Assembly: GCF_021869535.1 (NCBI RefSeq)
Contig: NW_026262604.1
Coordinates: forward strand, 60,078,001 to 60,142,000
DNA length: 64,000 nt
Direction: 5' to 3'
Origin: Mytilus californianus
Taxonomy: Eukaryota
Shown here piece by piece: positions 27,824 to 40,313 of the stretch (the stretch's first letter is position 1; each line of letters starts with the position of its first letter). The translations under genes and the position numbers were made by a program. The notes under the pieces are model-generated. The model was not told where the DNA came from. It ran no database searches and saw only the letters and a program-made list of their open reading frames with translations.

Positions 27824-28403
27824 ATTAAAAAAGTTACAAAGGTCAAGTACAGTACGTAGTTGAAGAGTATTGAGGACCCAAAATTCCTAGCCAATAGATG
27901 TTCATCCATTTGTTCGTTTCTATGCTAGTTTGGTTGTGCTGTTTAAATTTTGCGAGTGCATAAATATTTGCCAGTGGACACATCATGGACAGAAACGTAG
28001 ATTCTTTCCGAAATTAGGTCATCTTGACCTAAAGCTTACGCTTGATTCTCTTTTGTGTTAAGATTAACATTATTTCAATATCAAAAGACCAACTACTTAT
28101 TTTCAGCGATTACAATAATGTATTTTGAAATTAATATGCACATTTTTGTATTTTATGAAATCCATCAAGTTGATTGATAATGCAGACTATAATACTTCGT
28201 CTATAAGTTTTTTTTATATTTGATGTGTCGTCTGCAAGAAAAATTTGAGCGAAACATCGATGGTTGGAACATTTATTGAATCTTCGTCCATCACACTTTG
28301 CTATACAGAATTCCACCAACCTTGCACAGATTCTTCTATAGAAATGAATGATCTCGGAGTTTCATACTAAACAATGGAACAACATTAACACTACCAATTT
28401 TAC

Positions 28404-28450
28404 GGTATCAGATGCGCATGTCGACTATTAATGTCTCCTCAGTTATGCTC
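28404..28450 (-). ncRNA. Minimal type I hammerhead ribozyme copy with a mutated GAAA
   Basis: Minus strand: gcataa-CTGAGGA-gac-attaata-gtc-GACA-t-gcgc-a-TC-tgatac. About 160 bp of adjacent sequence is homologous to that beside 30558-30603. Confidence 0.6.
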
Positions 28451-29499
28451 GAGACCAAAATATTTGAAAATTCATAACATAATACAAACGTTGAAGAACT
28501 GATTAAACCAAAACGTTAAGCCAAACCCGGACAAGGAATTCTAGTTATGCATGCATTCTTTAATTTAAAATTATTTCACAGCAAATTTAAATAAAACAAT
28601 ATTCGTTTTTTTATGCCAGTACCGAAATAAGGACTACTCGGCTAATGCTACGGAAATCGCTTTTTCTTATTATAACATGTGGTATTCTGAAATTCCCCTA
28701 AAAAGAATTAACAGAAGAGCTAAACTTGCAAATTCTCCAACATGAAATAAAGTTTTAACTTCATATTTCATTTTTATTTGGACGACATACACATTTCGAT
28801 AAAAAAAAATAATATATGATATGCTTGACAATGAAATTAGATTTTTTTCACAGAATGTCTAACAAAATTTGTTTAACTCTTACTTTACTAAAATCATTGA
28901 TTATCCAAATATCCTCAAGAGACCAAAGGACGTGTATGATAAACACTGTAAGTCACCGTACGGCCTTCAACAATGAGCAAGATTCAAACCCGTACAATAA
29001 GCAATGAAAGTCCCGACAGCAACCAAAAACAACCACTGGTGTACAGTAATTATTAGAAAATGTGGCAGAGTTAAACATGGTTTGTATGCGCCAACCCTTC
29101 CCACGCCTACAATAGTGGAGTAAGATCACAATATTGGAAAAAAAAATGTAGAAAACAATTGAAAAGGAATTGACTCTTCAGATCGGCACAAAGCACAACA
29201 AAATACAGCAAAAGACATAAAACCCACAAAGTACCGATATAAAAGCTCTCAAAATGGTGTTTTACCAGACTAAAATATCGATCAGTTCACATTCAACGAA
29301 TTTAGCTTAATGCTGTCGTAAAGAATCTGCGAAAAGCATTACTTTGTAATATACTGAAATAAAAGTATCGACAGGGTGTAGGAGCAAAGTACTTATAACT
29401 GTATAAAAATACATATTTAGTTATTTTTTAAATTTATTGAAGACAAAATGAATATAAGTACCGATAACGAAACGCCGACTTTTTTTTTTTTTTTTTTAT

Positions 29500-30140
29500 C
29501 TCAACAACATATTTTTTGAGTTGGGTGGATTGATATTTTAACACACAGTCGGTATACCAATGAGTACCAATTGTGCACAACTATACTGCCCGAAATGTAT
29601 TTCTACTTATATGAATTAAACATCACACATAACCTTCTCCAAGACAAAAAGAAGAAAAATAATATCTTGCACAATTCTGTAATTTGACTTTCAGATGTAT
29701 TATGATGTCGTGTCACTCAATAGCAACCATTAAAATGAGTGTCTGCATCTCTTTCACATCAGTGAATTTGAGATTAAGGATACTACTGAAACAAGAATGT
29801 CTGCTTCAGCTCTTGATCTTTTCATGGATATTAAAACAGATGGACGACCTTACGCTAGAATCTATGACAAACGTTATGATTTTAACTTTCTAATCGCCAA
29901 CTTGTCATTTCTCAGCAGTATCATACCCTCAATCCCATCGTATGGCGTTTAGATATATTAGTTGATACGTAACGCTCGTACATGTTTACACTATAGCGAC
30001 TTCCTTAGACAAAAACTGCACCAATAGAGTTATGAGAAAGAACGACTGAAATCGAAATTACATCAGTTTGACGGTTACCAATACGAATTAGTTGACCGAT
30101 ATGATATACATGTGTCTCAACTTACTAGCGATATTTTTTC
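29500..30140 (+). pseudogene. Heavily decayed Penelope-like RT fragment (palm and thumb)
   Basis: Recognisable remnants NNIFFE.GG, VGIPMSTNCA (~29546-29578), YDKRYDFNF (~29862) and PSYGV...LIR.AR, with many stops and frameshifts. Homologous to the 62.2-63.7-kb element. Confidence 0.75.
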
Positions 30141-30557
30141 ACATTTTCAGATCTTTATATACAAGAATAGTTGAATATGTATTCTTACCTATTGTGACAT
30201 TGTGACTGAGTGTGGATTCGCATGGCGGGTGGTGCATGTATAGAAAGAGATTCTGAACATGTCGACACATCCGCCTCATTCCTTTCTGAAATCATGTGCT
30301 TCCCCAGACTTTGTTTGTTACATTGATTTGTCGCAATCGATTTTCTTAGATACTGATATCGGTTAATTACTGTTTCTTAATCAGGCTGCCTATGACGCTT
30401 TTTCATTCCATGCATTGGAGGTGTACTGATTGATAATTAAATATCTGTTCGATAACATTTGGCTTTGATCTAGCTTTCAATGACTACAAATACTCCTGGT
30501 TCAGTTTTGCTACTTTATGCCTTTTGTAATTTTGTAATATCATTTATGGTACTAACA

Positions 30558-30603
30558 GCACCAAATGCGCATTTCGACAATTAATGTCTCTTCAGTGATG
30601 CTC
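30558..30603 (-). ncRNA. Structurally intact minimal type I hammerhead ribozyme
   Basis: Minus strand: gcatca-CTGAAGA-gaca-ttaat-tgtc-GAAA-t-gcgc-a-TT-tggtgc. It has a 6-bp stem I, a 4-bp stem II, a short stem III with palindromic GCGC loop, and an AUU cleavage triplet. Confidence 0.8.
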
Positions 30604-32069
30604 AAGATCAAACTATTTGTAAATGCAATACCTAATACAAACGCTGAAGACCTAATAAAACTATAAATAGAACAAAATTAAAGTTATACCTGGACGAGAA
30701 ATTAGAGCTTTTCATGAATGAATTGTAAATTGTTGTTTTCTAATGATAAACACCGTTATATTCTAAATACACTATGTTCAAACGAACATTAAGTATTTAT
30801 GTGCTAAATCACATTCAGATAATATATGCATACCTTTATACGATAAAGGCATAATAGAAAACTAAATACATAAATAGATACTGTTAGGCGCAATGACTAT
30901 CTCGATTTTAATAACAAGATCCAGAGATCACAATATCATATCAAAACTAATTTTCAAACAGTTCATATTTTGAATAGCGGTAAACATGCACATCTACGAA
31001 AAAAACCATCTCTAATAAACATGACAAAATCTCAATCTAATCAACATTAAAAGACTGCCATCAAGCATCTACAAAATATATACAAAACATGTTAATTCTT
31101 TACATACAACTTCAATTAATTATACAACAGAATTCGTAATGAAAATTAGACTTCAATACTAAGCAAAGGTACGACAATGGTTACTGTCCAAACCTCGATA
31201 ACTAAATCTTGTGCAAACTTTCTTATATACTAACAGACAAAACCGGTTAACAACTATTGTGAAAACACAATTATAGAATTAATTACATACTTCAAAAATC
31301 ATACGCGAACCGCACAAACATATATATCTAATTAGTCAAGCCCCTTTCAAATGATTTTCAAAGTTGTTTGTTTCTATTTTGTAATGAGTTAACCAAAACC
31401 ACAATAATGAAATACCTGAGGTTCTGCGTGGGAGGTTTTTCATTTCATTGTTCTTTGGACTATTTTCTCCATTCTTTATTTATTTTGCCCATTATTCTCT
31501 ATTCTTTATATTTTAACACCCATTATTTTACATTCCTAAATGTTTTTGCTTGTTATTTTTCTATTCTTTATTTCATTTGCTCTTTTTTCTGCACTTTTTT
31601 ACCATTATTCTTTATTCTGTAAATTCCATCAATGCCCTTATACCTTCTACTTGAAATGTTGATCTGTATTGTAATACATATGTAAAAGTTTCAATAGCAT
31701 ATTTGTAATATAATTATTGTTTCCATGCGGAACATTTTGAATCGAGGCAAAGAAAAATTTCTTAGTTTTTTCGTTTTTCCATGAAATGATGGTTAACCGG
31801 AAAGTAACGAAAAACTTGATCTGTAACTTTAAATCGTCCCTTAAATACACACCAAAACTAATTCTTAATTTAAAAACGCAGTAGTAAAAATCATTTGCAA
31901 GTACCATTATTCATTGTTATTCTTTTTATGTTCAAAGACGAGCAGTAATTTCGTCGAAAATATATAAATCAACAGAAACAAACCACGAAATCTATTTATC
32001 ATTCGCTTATTTCTATAAACTTAGACTCTATCTGTGCCTTACAAAAGAAATCCACACCAAAAATAAATC

Positions 32070-32215
32070 AAAGGGACGTAATTCTGCTGAAGGCAAAAAC
32101 CAAGGAACGTAAGTCTGTTGAAGGAAAGTTAACAAAAAATCCAAGGGACGTAATTCTGTTGAAGGAAAGTTAACAAAAAATCCAAGGGACGTAATTCTGT
32201 TGAAGGAAAGTTAAC
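32070..32215. repeat. Short tandem repeat, 4 copies (31, 41 and 41 bp periods)
   Basis: aagggacgtaattctgttgaaggaaagttaacaaaaaatcc at 32071, 32102, 32143 and 32184. Confidence 0.85.
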
Positions 32216-33016
32216 TTGGTTTTTAGTTACTTAACCCCATCATGTCACAATTACTTTGAGATGTGTATTTTTACAAGACGTTATTACTTTAGAATTCAAA
32301 GATTTTTCAAAAAGCTAATGTTATGTAATGTAACCAGTATTGATTAAACACTCAATTTTCCTTTTAACCATAATTCTAGAAAAGACAAAAGTTAAGCCTT
32401 GAAACGACAGGACATTGGATATCTTAAACAATAACCAGTATGGATTTTTCTTTCTAATGCTTTTCAAAACTCATGCATGCGGTAAGATGTTTTTAGACTC
32501 CACATCCTCATAGAGGACGTACTTAAAGCTTGTATTTCTTACGCTAACTTTTATAAAGAACTATATGTTAAATAACTTTAAGGGAAACACGAGACTTACC
32601 TCGTGGTGAAACGCTGTTAACAGTTCTAATCACTGGATCGTAATACATAGTTGCTCTTAAAAAGAGGAAATGTTTTTTCTATGACTGAAAGAATCGTAAG
32701 AAGTAAAGGTATTGAAATGAATCGAATCATTTGTCATATGAGGGAAACTGTTAGTCAGTGATTGATGTTGATTTAAAAGCTAATGTATTAACAATGCAGA
32801 CTTCATATGTTTCTGATTAACGATACTTCATCATTTGTCAGTTAATATTTTATGGAAAAAGACGGAATCATTTCCGCGCCGACATTGTACTGGATCGAGT
32901 GTCTCGACCATCAGACTGAGTCCATATACACAAACAGTGGTTACAGACTATACCAACATATTTAATTATGTTCTTATTAGGACAACACAAATATTGCGTT
33001 TTCTAAATTATATATC

Positions 33017-33564
33017 ATGAGTATGGATAAAGAATGTATGCATATCAACTTGATGAACACTACGTTCGCTGAAAGTGGATACGATATTCCTGTGTTTGGT
33101 GTCGGCCATTACTGTTTCAATGTAATTCACGTGACGGCCATCGTCTGCTTGTTGTTGAGTTTATGTTCTGCCGTTGTAGTTATTATACTTTTATATAAAT
33201 CGAAAGTAGGAAAGCCGTTTATGAAATGGCATAAACATGAACGATTTTTGCTATACAGATGTATTTGTGATACCTCTTATGGTTTTGTACATAGTTTGGA
33301 CCACACCCAGATACTGATTACAAAGGACCATGTCCGTCCAAGTGGATTGTGCTCCTTGTATGCTATGATTATAGTGAATACCTGCATTTCTGAGGCGCTA
33401 TTTTCTTTAATGTCTGCATTAAATGCATTTCTGTCCGTTTATTTTAGGAAGAATGTTAATTTTGGAAACAAAGACTGGAAACTGCTTCTTTTACTTGGTC
33501 TTGGACCTTTTTCGGTAGTTGCCCTTATGTCGTCCATACACGTGTTTGGTCCAAGTGGATTTTT
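33017..33564 (+). CDS. Orphan 7TM receptor paralogue 3, coding exon 1
   Basis: ATG 33017 (MSMDKECMHINLMNTT..., a 3-codon insertion relative to paralogues 1 and 2); phase-2 donor tt|GTAAGT. Confidence 0.9.
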
Positions 33565-33677
33565 GTAAGTATAACAATAAAAAGAAGTTTATTTTTCATA
33601 TTTGACTTTTTATTTTGCTTCTAGAAATTAAAATTAATCACTGTTTGGGAATACATTGAAATAAGTACAGTATTTAA

Positions 33678-34262
33678 GGTGGTATGAGTCTTTCGCCATC
33701 TTGGATTGCAAAATAGCAGAACACAATAGGTCTATATTTGCAATCAAGTCGGTATAATTCTATGCAACAATGGAATTTACTGACAAAAATTTTCATTTGA
33801 ATAAACAAATTTATGTGATTTTATCTTATTATTACAAATGTCTTTACAAAATAGAATATTTTTGTCTGATTTAATTTTCTTTAACTGTGTGTATTAAGGG
33901 GAGGTAACTTGGAAATTGTTTAAGAATCTGTAGAAAATGTCTTTATTCTATGTTATAGCAGGAAATAAAACCTACGGTGACCATTTTTGTCTTATGATAT
34001 CCTGAAAGTATCTTATAAAATCTATGTTCTCAAATTTTATTTTAAAATTATATCTATTTGATAGATACCTGTTATTTACATAATGATGCCTTTTCACTGT
34101 ATAATCCATACAAAATTTGTCACCTTTTCTCAGTCTGTAGCTTGAAAACGAGCTCGGTGACCTATAATTATCATTATATTTTTGTACATCTTACAATTAT
34201 ATACTACATTTTGGCAAAGTAAGAAAAATTCTATCATTTTCCATTTATACTCCCATACAACC
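33678..34262. mobile_element. 585-bp MITE with TTAA TSD (Kolobok-like) in the intron of paralogue 3
   Basis: TTAA|ggtggtatgagt ... actcccatacaacc|TTAA, imperfect TIRs. Confidence 0.75.
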
Positions 34263-34939
34263 TTAAGAATATTTCTTAAACGATTTGCATATCATGGTTG
34301 ATATATGTTTGCTTGTTTAACGTTAGAGGGAATTATTTAGGAATATTCAGGACGACTATACTATGACCAGCCGCTCTCGTGAAAACTATGATTAGCTATG
34401 TTTCGTAAAGAATATTGCACATTGACATCTGAAAAAAAAACAACAACAAAAAACATACTGATATTATAAGATATGAAGTTAAAAAATACATAATAAGAAT
34501 TAAAAATTACACACTGGATTTAAAAAAGGAAAATCCTAAACTGATAAATAAAAATTTCACACTAAGAATGTGCGCACATTTCATGTACGTATATAAATAA
34601 TACTATACATAAGATGCGCTTGAAATAAACATACGGCTTAAGGTTGAAATTGACCTTAAGAGCCCTTTAGTACCAAGAGTACACACACGTTTCTACTTGC
34701 TTTAATGTCCATTGGTAATTAATCCTTTCCACTCTTACACACAGCGCATGGACATAAACAGTGTTGGGTTAAGGGGGTCACGCCCCTCTTTGATTGGAGA
34801 ATATATCGCCGCTATGTTTAACATTGAGGGCGATTTCGCCCCGGTTTTATCATGCCCTGCAGGATCGAACGCTTATAAGTATTCGTCACTTTCGATATTA
34901 CGCTATAATTTTTATTTAAAAACCGCATTTAGATTTAAA

Positions 34940-35116
34940 GGATGTTTGCTGCTCTCTTTAAAAATAACTAGCTTTTTAAGAGATGGATATACACTGACAG
35001 TATATAGATAACGGAACTGAAAAAGCAGAACAATAGGATATGTCCGCGTTCTTATTTTTAAGACAAGAGCCATTAAATATCTGACAAAAAGTCAAAAACA
35101 AGAGCAGCGAACATCC
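34940..35116. mobile_element. ~180-bp short relative of the 4031-4427 MITE
   Basis: ggatgtttgctgctct ... agagcagcgaacatcc|TTAA. The TIR is nearly identical to that of the 4.0-kb element. Confidence 0.75.
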
Positions 35117-35538
35117 TTAATAAACTTGGTACCACTAACAAGAGAATTGTCACAACTATGTTTGTTTATTTTGTAGAAAAAAAAATATGAAGTGTTTTTA
35201 ATTTCTGATGATTTTTGAACTAAAGCTTAATTTATTGTCAGGAAATTGGCTATATATTTCAGTTAACATAGAATCGTAAAAGATTATCAGTGGGTTTTAC
35301 ATCAGTAAAAAACAAAAAATACTGAAGAAAAAATCATCACATGATAAAAAGTTTTGCATCTTTTAACACCTGGTTTCTAAAAATGGGGGAAAAACCAAAT
35401 GTATTTGAAATGATTTTGTTCATGCTGATTTTTATGAACGCAAATGCCAGAAATTCATGTTTCAAAATTCAATGGTCTGGTACGTGTAGCAAAAATAATA
35501 TATTAATATTTCAACTTTAATCTCGCTTTTCGTTTCAG

Positions 35539-36010
35539 TTGTGCCTTTGATTCTGTAAAAGGTGTCATTGCTAACATTATAGTAAGCACAGGAATGATTG
35601 GTGCTATATTGGTAGCACTTTCAACTTTATACGTGTTCACATGGTACCGAATTTATACAGAATCAAAGAAACTTAAAACTAACCTGGGCAACAACGGTAG
35701 TCTTAGAAGTGCAACATTGAAATCTGCGAAAGCCATGTGTTTGTTTGTAGTGGTTTATATAATTCAATGGACACCTGTTACTGTGTATGGAACATGGCAG
35801 CTTATTTCTGATGTTCCGTTCGGACTATTTTTAGCAGTTGTTATCATGACAAATCTAAGTGGTGTTTTCAGTGGAGCAATCTGGCTGTTCAACATGTCAA
35901 ACAAAAATTCTGTTTCAAACCAAGGTCATGGAGAAACAAATCTGGACATGACAGCTAGCAAGGGCAGATCTACATGTTATACAGACCAGAGTTCTACTAA
36001 TAAACAATGA
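35539..36010 (+). CDS. Orphan 7TM receptor paralogue 3, coding exon 2; spliced product 339 aa
   Basis: Acceptor tttcgtttcag|t tgt gcc ttt gat. Open to TGA at 36008-36010. Confidence 0.9.
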
Positions 36011-37652
36011 CTCTCACATAACTTGGCCTAAAATTATACCTGCATTTCCGCTTACCATACCTTCCCTAATTTTGAAACCAATCCTAATATTTGTTTGTCA
36101 TTTTAAAAACATTTTTTAAAACAAACACTATTAAAGTCATATGTTTTCCCTGTTTCAACCATTCAAAACTTTTGGAAAAATGAAATTATCTGCCTCCCAA
36201 CTGACCCTATTTTGTTATTCAACATACGATTTGAAAGCTTTATTAAGATTCGGTGTAGTTACAAACTACAAAACATAAACCCTTTAGAGCTTTTAACCGA
36301 ATACATACAAACATGCATACAACAATATAAAAAGCATAATCATGCAAGCATACTAAAACTAGAGAAGCACACAGTAAAGTACGCACAGCACAAACATGGC
36401 AACGAAAATTGTTCATGCTAGCATAGCTATAAAAGAGCAAAGTAATGTAAAATAAACACAATGAAATAAAATGAGAGCTTATCTACATGCAGACCAGCGA
36501 CCTTCCGAGCCATTCCAGGTCTGTATTAGACTCTTGAACTGAGATAAACTGTTGAAAAGAGGTTGATTTACTCAGTTTGTTCAAAAGGTGCCTACACGTT
36601 TGGGGATATTTAGTTGCTGGGATGCCTTTCAATAGCTTAATATACAACCCTAGATAAAGCCGAGCTTGTGGGAAAAAATCAAGTTTCAGATACACCAAAT
36701 TATTTTGTAAAAAATTACAAACCATATTTCTAAAGATCGATTTGTGTATTTACATTATACACTAATCGTTATTGTCGAAAAAGGAGAAAAAGGCCAGTTG
36801 AATTATATTCGAAAAATACCTGTACGTTCGTTGTTCTTCGATATTTTCTTCGTAGAACGTATTTCACAGCAAAATGTAAGTAAGTCAATTATTTATTGTA
36901 GTGACATGTGTACTAACAGTTTAACAAAATACAAATATGTTATGAAATATAAAATGCATCTGACCCATTAGGTCTATAAGTGACTTTCAAAAGCACACAA
37001 TTCTTTCTTTCCTTACGGATTTACGAACAAATGAAACAAAATGAGCTGATTTTGAATAAGCACTTCTAAGTAGTGACGAAAAATAGAAAATATAATAAAA
37101 TTGTAACAATTTAAGGTCATCCTTTGATAGGATCATGTCAATGGTGTTACCAATATAAAAACATGCATTTAGTTATTAAAAAAATATTTTTAAATACCAC
37201 AAAACTGTTCCAATTTGTTGTTAAGGTTTAAATTACTACTTATTGACATTATTTTTATATGTATGCATTCTATTTGAACATAAATTTCAGAATACATTGT
37301 TGTAAAAAACATAGCTGTCATGATTATGGCTGTTGTTAATATTAAAGTATACACTAAAACTGAATATATGTAAAATGTGTAAGACTGAATGATTAGATAA
37401 TGCCTAATCCTTCGAATTCGTATATGGCCTAAAAAAACTTTCATTTGTTAATAAAAAATAAAAATTATTGCATTTTTATATAGTAACACCACTGACCCTC
37501 CAGTAACTACAATGACACACAAGTATCACCATTGACAACAAAGTTCAAATTTTATTAAGTACTGAACACAAAACAAAGAACACTAAGAAAAAGGAAAAAA
37601 AATGATTCTAAGGCTAAAAAATCCCAAATTATATAACATAACATCAATAACT

Positions 37653-38864
37653 AACTAGAGGCTCTAAAGAGCCTGTGTCGCTCACCTTGGTCTATGTGCA
37701 TATCAAACAAAGGACACTCTCCAACATTGTAGACGAGAATAAACTTAATGACAAAAATCTCTATTTTGTTGATCTTAAGAGCAATCACTCCTATGAAGAG
37801 TGACGGTCTACTAACTATATCGGCAAAATTTGACTTTTTAATAGATCTTGCCTTGCTGATCATTTTTGTGATTTAAAGTGTTTATTTATCTATTATAATT
37901 GAAATCACATAAGGCATAACGGAAAAAAATTTCTTTCTCTAAATATCATAGTTGTCATGATAATAGGCAAAAATGAAAAAAAAAATGGTAAAATTTGTTA
38001 TTTATGGGCAATAACTCCTATAAGAATTTGTCTAACAGTTTTGACGTATATGGACAATTGGTAGAGCTCATTATTTTTAACATTTTTGCTCCTTTCAGAT
38101 TTTCTCTATTTATAACGTTTCAAAAGATAATAGACAAAACTTGCATTTTACCCCTATGTTCTATTTTTAGCCATGTCGGACATGTTGGTTGGTAGGCGGG
38201 GTCATCGGACACATTTTTAAAACTAGATACCTAATGATGATTGTGGCCAAGTTTGGTTAAATTTTTCTCAGTAGTTTCAGAGGAGAAGATTTTTGTAAAA
38301 TTTACGAAAAATTGTTAAAATTTACCATAAAGGGCAATAACTCCTTAAGGGGTCAATTGACCATTTTGGTCATGTTGACTTATTTGTAGATCTTACTTTG
38401 CTGAACATTATTGCTGGTTACAGTTTATCTCTATCTATAATAATATTGAAGATATTAACCAAAAACTGCAAAATTTCCTTAAAATTACCAGTTCAGTGGC
38501 AGCATCCCAACTACGGGTTATCTGATTTGTCTGAAAATTTCAGGGCAGATAGATCTTAACCTGATAGATATTTAAACCGCTGTCAAATTTGCTCTAAATG
38601 CTTTAGTTTCAAAGATATAAGCCAAAAACTGCATTTTACCCCTATGTTCTATTTTTTAGCTATGTCGGCCATGTAGGTTGGTAGGCGGGTCATAGAACAC
38701 ATTTTTTAAACTAGATACCATAATGATGATTGTGGCAAAGTTTAGATAAATTTGACCCAGTAGTTTCAGAGGAGAAGATTTTTGTAAAAGTTAACGGACG
38801 ACGACGGACGGACGCCAAGTGATGAGAAAACTCACTTGGCCCATAGGGCCAGGTGAGCTAAAAA
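37653..38864 (-). mobile_element. Second Helentron-type non-autonomous element, same family as 567-1707
   Basis: Right end tggccc-ata-gggcca-ggtgagctaaaaa plus a gacgacggac microsatellite. Left end aggctc-taaa-gagcct hairpin plus cgctcacct. The interior is the reverse complement of the ~490-500-bp unit. Confidence 0.8.
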
Positions 38865-39455
38865 TATCAATAGTACACTAGTGTTACTAAATAGTGTCAT
38901 TGGTGTTACATGCATACACCAGTTTGTGAAAACTTGGTATAGGTAATACATTATGTTGTTAAAACATTGTTGAATAAGTATTATATTTCATAAATAATAT
39001 GATGTTTCGGTTGTTAAACATGAAAAAAAAAAACCACAAAAAATTGCTGACTGTCATAATATATTCAGTGGTGTTACTAAACTGGTCAATGGTGTTACTT
39101 TATTAAAGATGTCTCACCATTGACAGTAACACCAATGACGTACAGGTGTATTTTTAGATTTAGTTGCAAAATAAGTGTTCCATTCCCCTATTTTATATGT
39201 TGTTCCTGGTGCATGTTTCTACAATCAATATGTTTTCATAAATCAAAGTTAAGGAAATCTTTCTGAAAATGATTTTTATAAGGGTACACCATGGACACAA
39301 ATTTCATTAACGATATAGCTTTTACTTACTTTTAAGATTTTTTCACTAATTTTCAACATAGAATTTTTTTTGTCGTCTGCATTACATGCTTACAGGTGAC
39401 ATTGCTAGGGGAGAAACTATTGTAAATGCTGAAATCTTGAGAAAGATAACTCTTA

Positions 39456-39704
39456 GGCCATAAAAAAGAATATGTTTGTTTGCCCTAACCCTACCTACCC
39501 ATAAAATAGCTGCCTACTCAAAATCTTTTATTGTCCTGATGTGAAATTTTTTTTTTAATCAGATAAGCATGAAGACTAAACAACATCTGACACTTCAATT
39601 TCTCTTTGTCAAAAAAAAGAAAAAAAAGAAATGCCTACTTACCTACCCACTGTCTCTACCTTTGGGTAGGGTTTGGGCAAACCAAAATATTTTTAAGTGT
39701 GGCC
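39456..39704. mobile_element. 249-bp PIF/Harbinger (Tourist-like) MITE
   Basis: TTA|ggccataaaaaagaatatgtttgtttgccctaaccctacc ... ggtagggtttgggcaaaccaaaatatttttaagtgtggcc|TTA; ~40-bp imperfect TIRs and a 3-bp TTA TSD. Confidence 0.8.
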
Positions 39705-40313
39705 TTACCCAACCAATTTGTCTTGACTTAAAAATGAGACTCCTCTGTTTGTTGACAATGTTTGTTATAAAACGAACATACACTTTCCAAATCATTTTAA
39801 AATGTTTGTATATATCAAAATGCAATAAATAGTGATAAATCATAATAATAAAAGGATATGAATAATAGTCCTATTTCAGGTCTGAAAGGTATTATGGAAA
39901 AAAATAAAGGTTAATTCTGGCTATATCCAAGGGTTTCAGGAAACATTAAGGATGTTTTTATAACATTTCATACTGTAAACTGTATACTAGTATTGTGTAT
40001 CACAAAACATTCATATCTAACATATACAAGTGTTATTTTGATATATGTTCATGTCTGTGACTTTTAAAGACAAAATAACATATATTTGCATGTTCTTTGT
40101 ATAATGACCCTTATAGGTAATGAGTGGTTTACAGTTCGAAATTTACATAATGTTATAATGTCGTGATCTCCCAGAATATCAAAGTAATCTTCAAAATCCA
40201 AGTCTTCTTTAAAAATCCTGTAATTTAGACATTTCGGGGAGTTCTGAATTTCTGCATACCATATTTGTTTATACTGATCAGTGGTTTTTTATGCTTAATG
40301 TTAGCCACTTATG

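Noticed and set aside
30140-30540. SECIS downstream of the second PLE fragment
   Set aside because: I found no AUGA/AA/GA arrangement with a supporting helix by eye.
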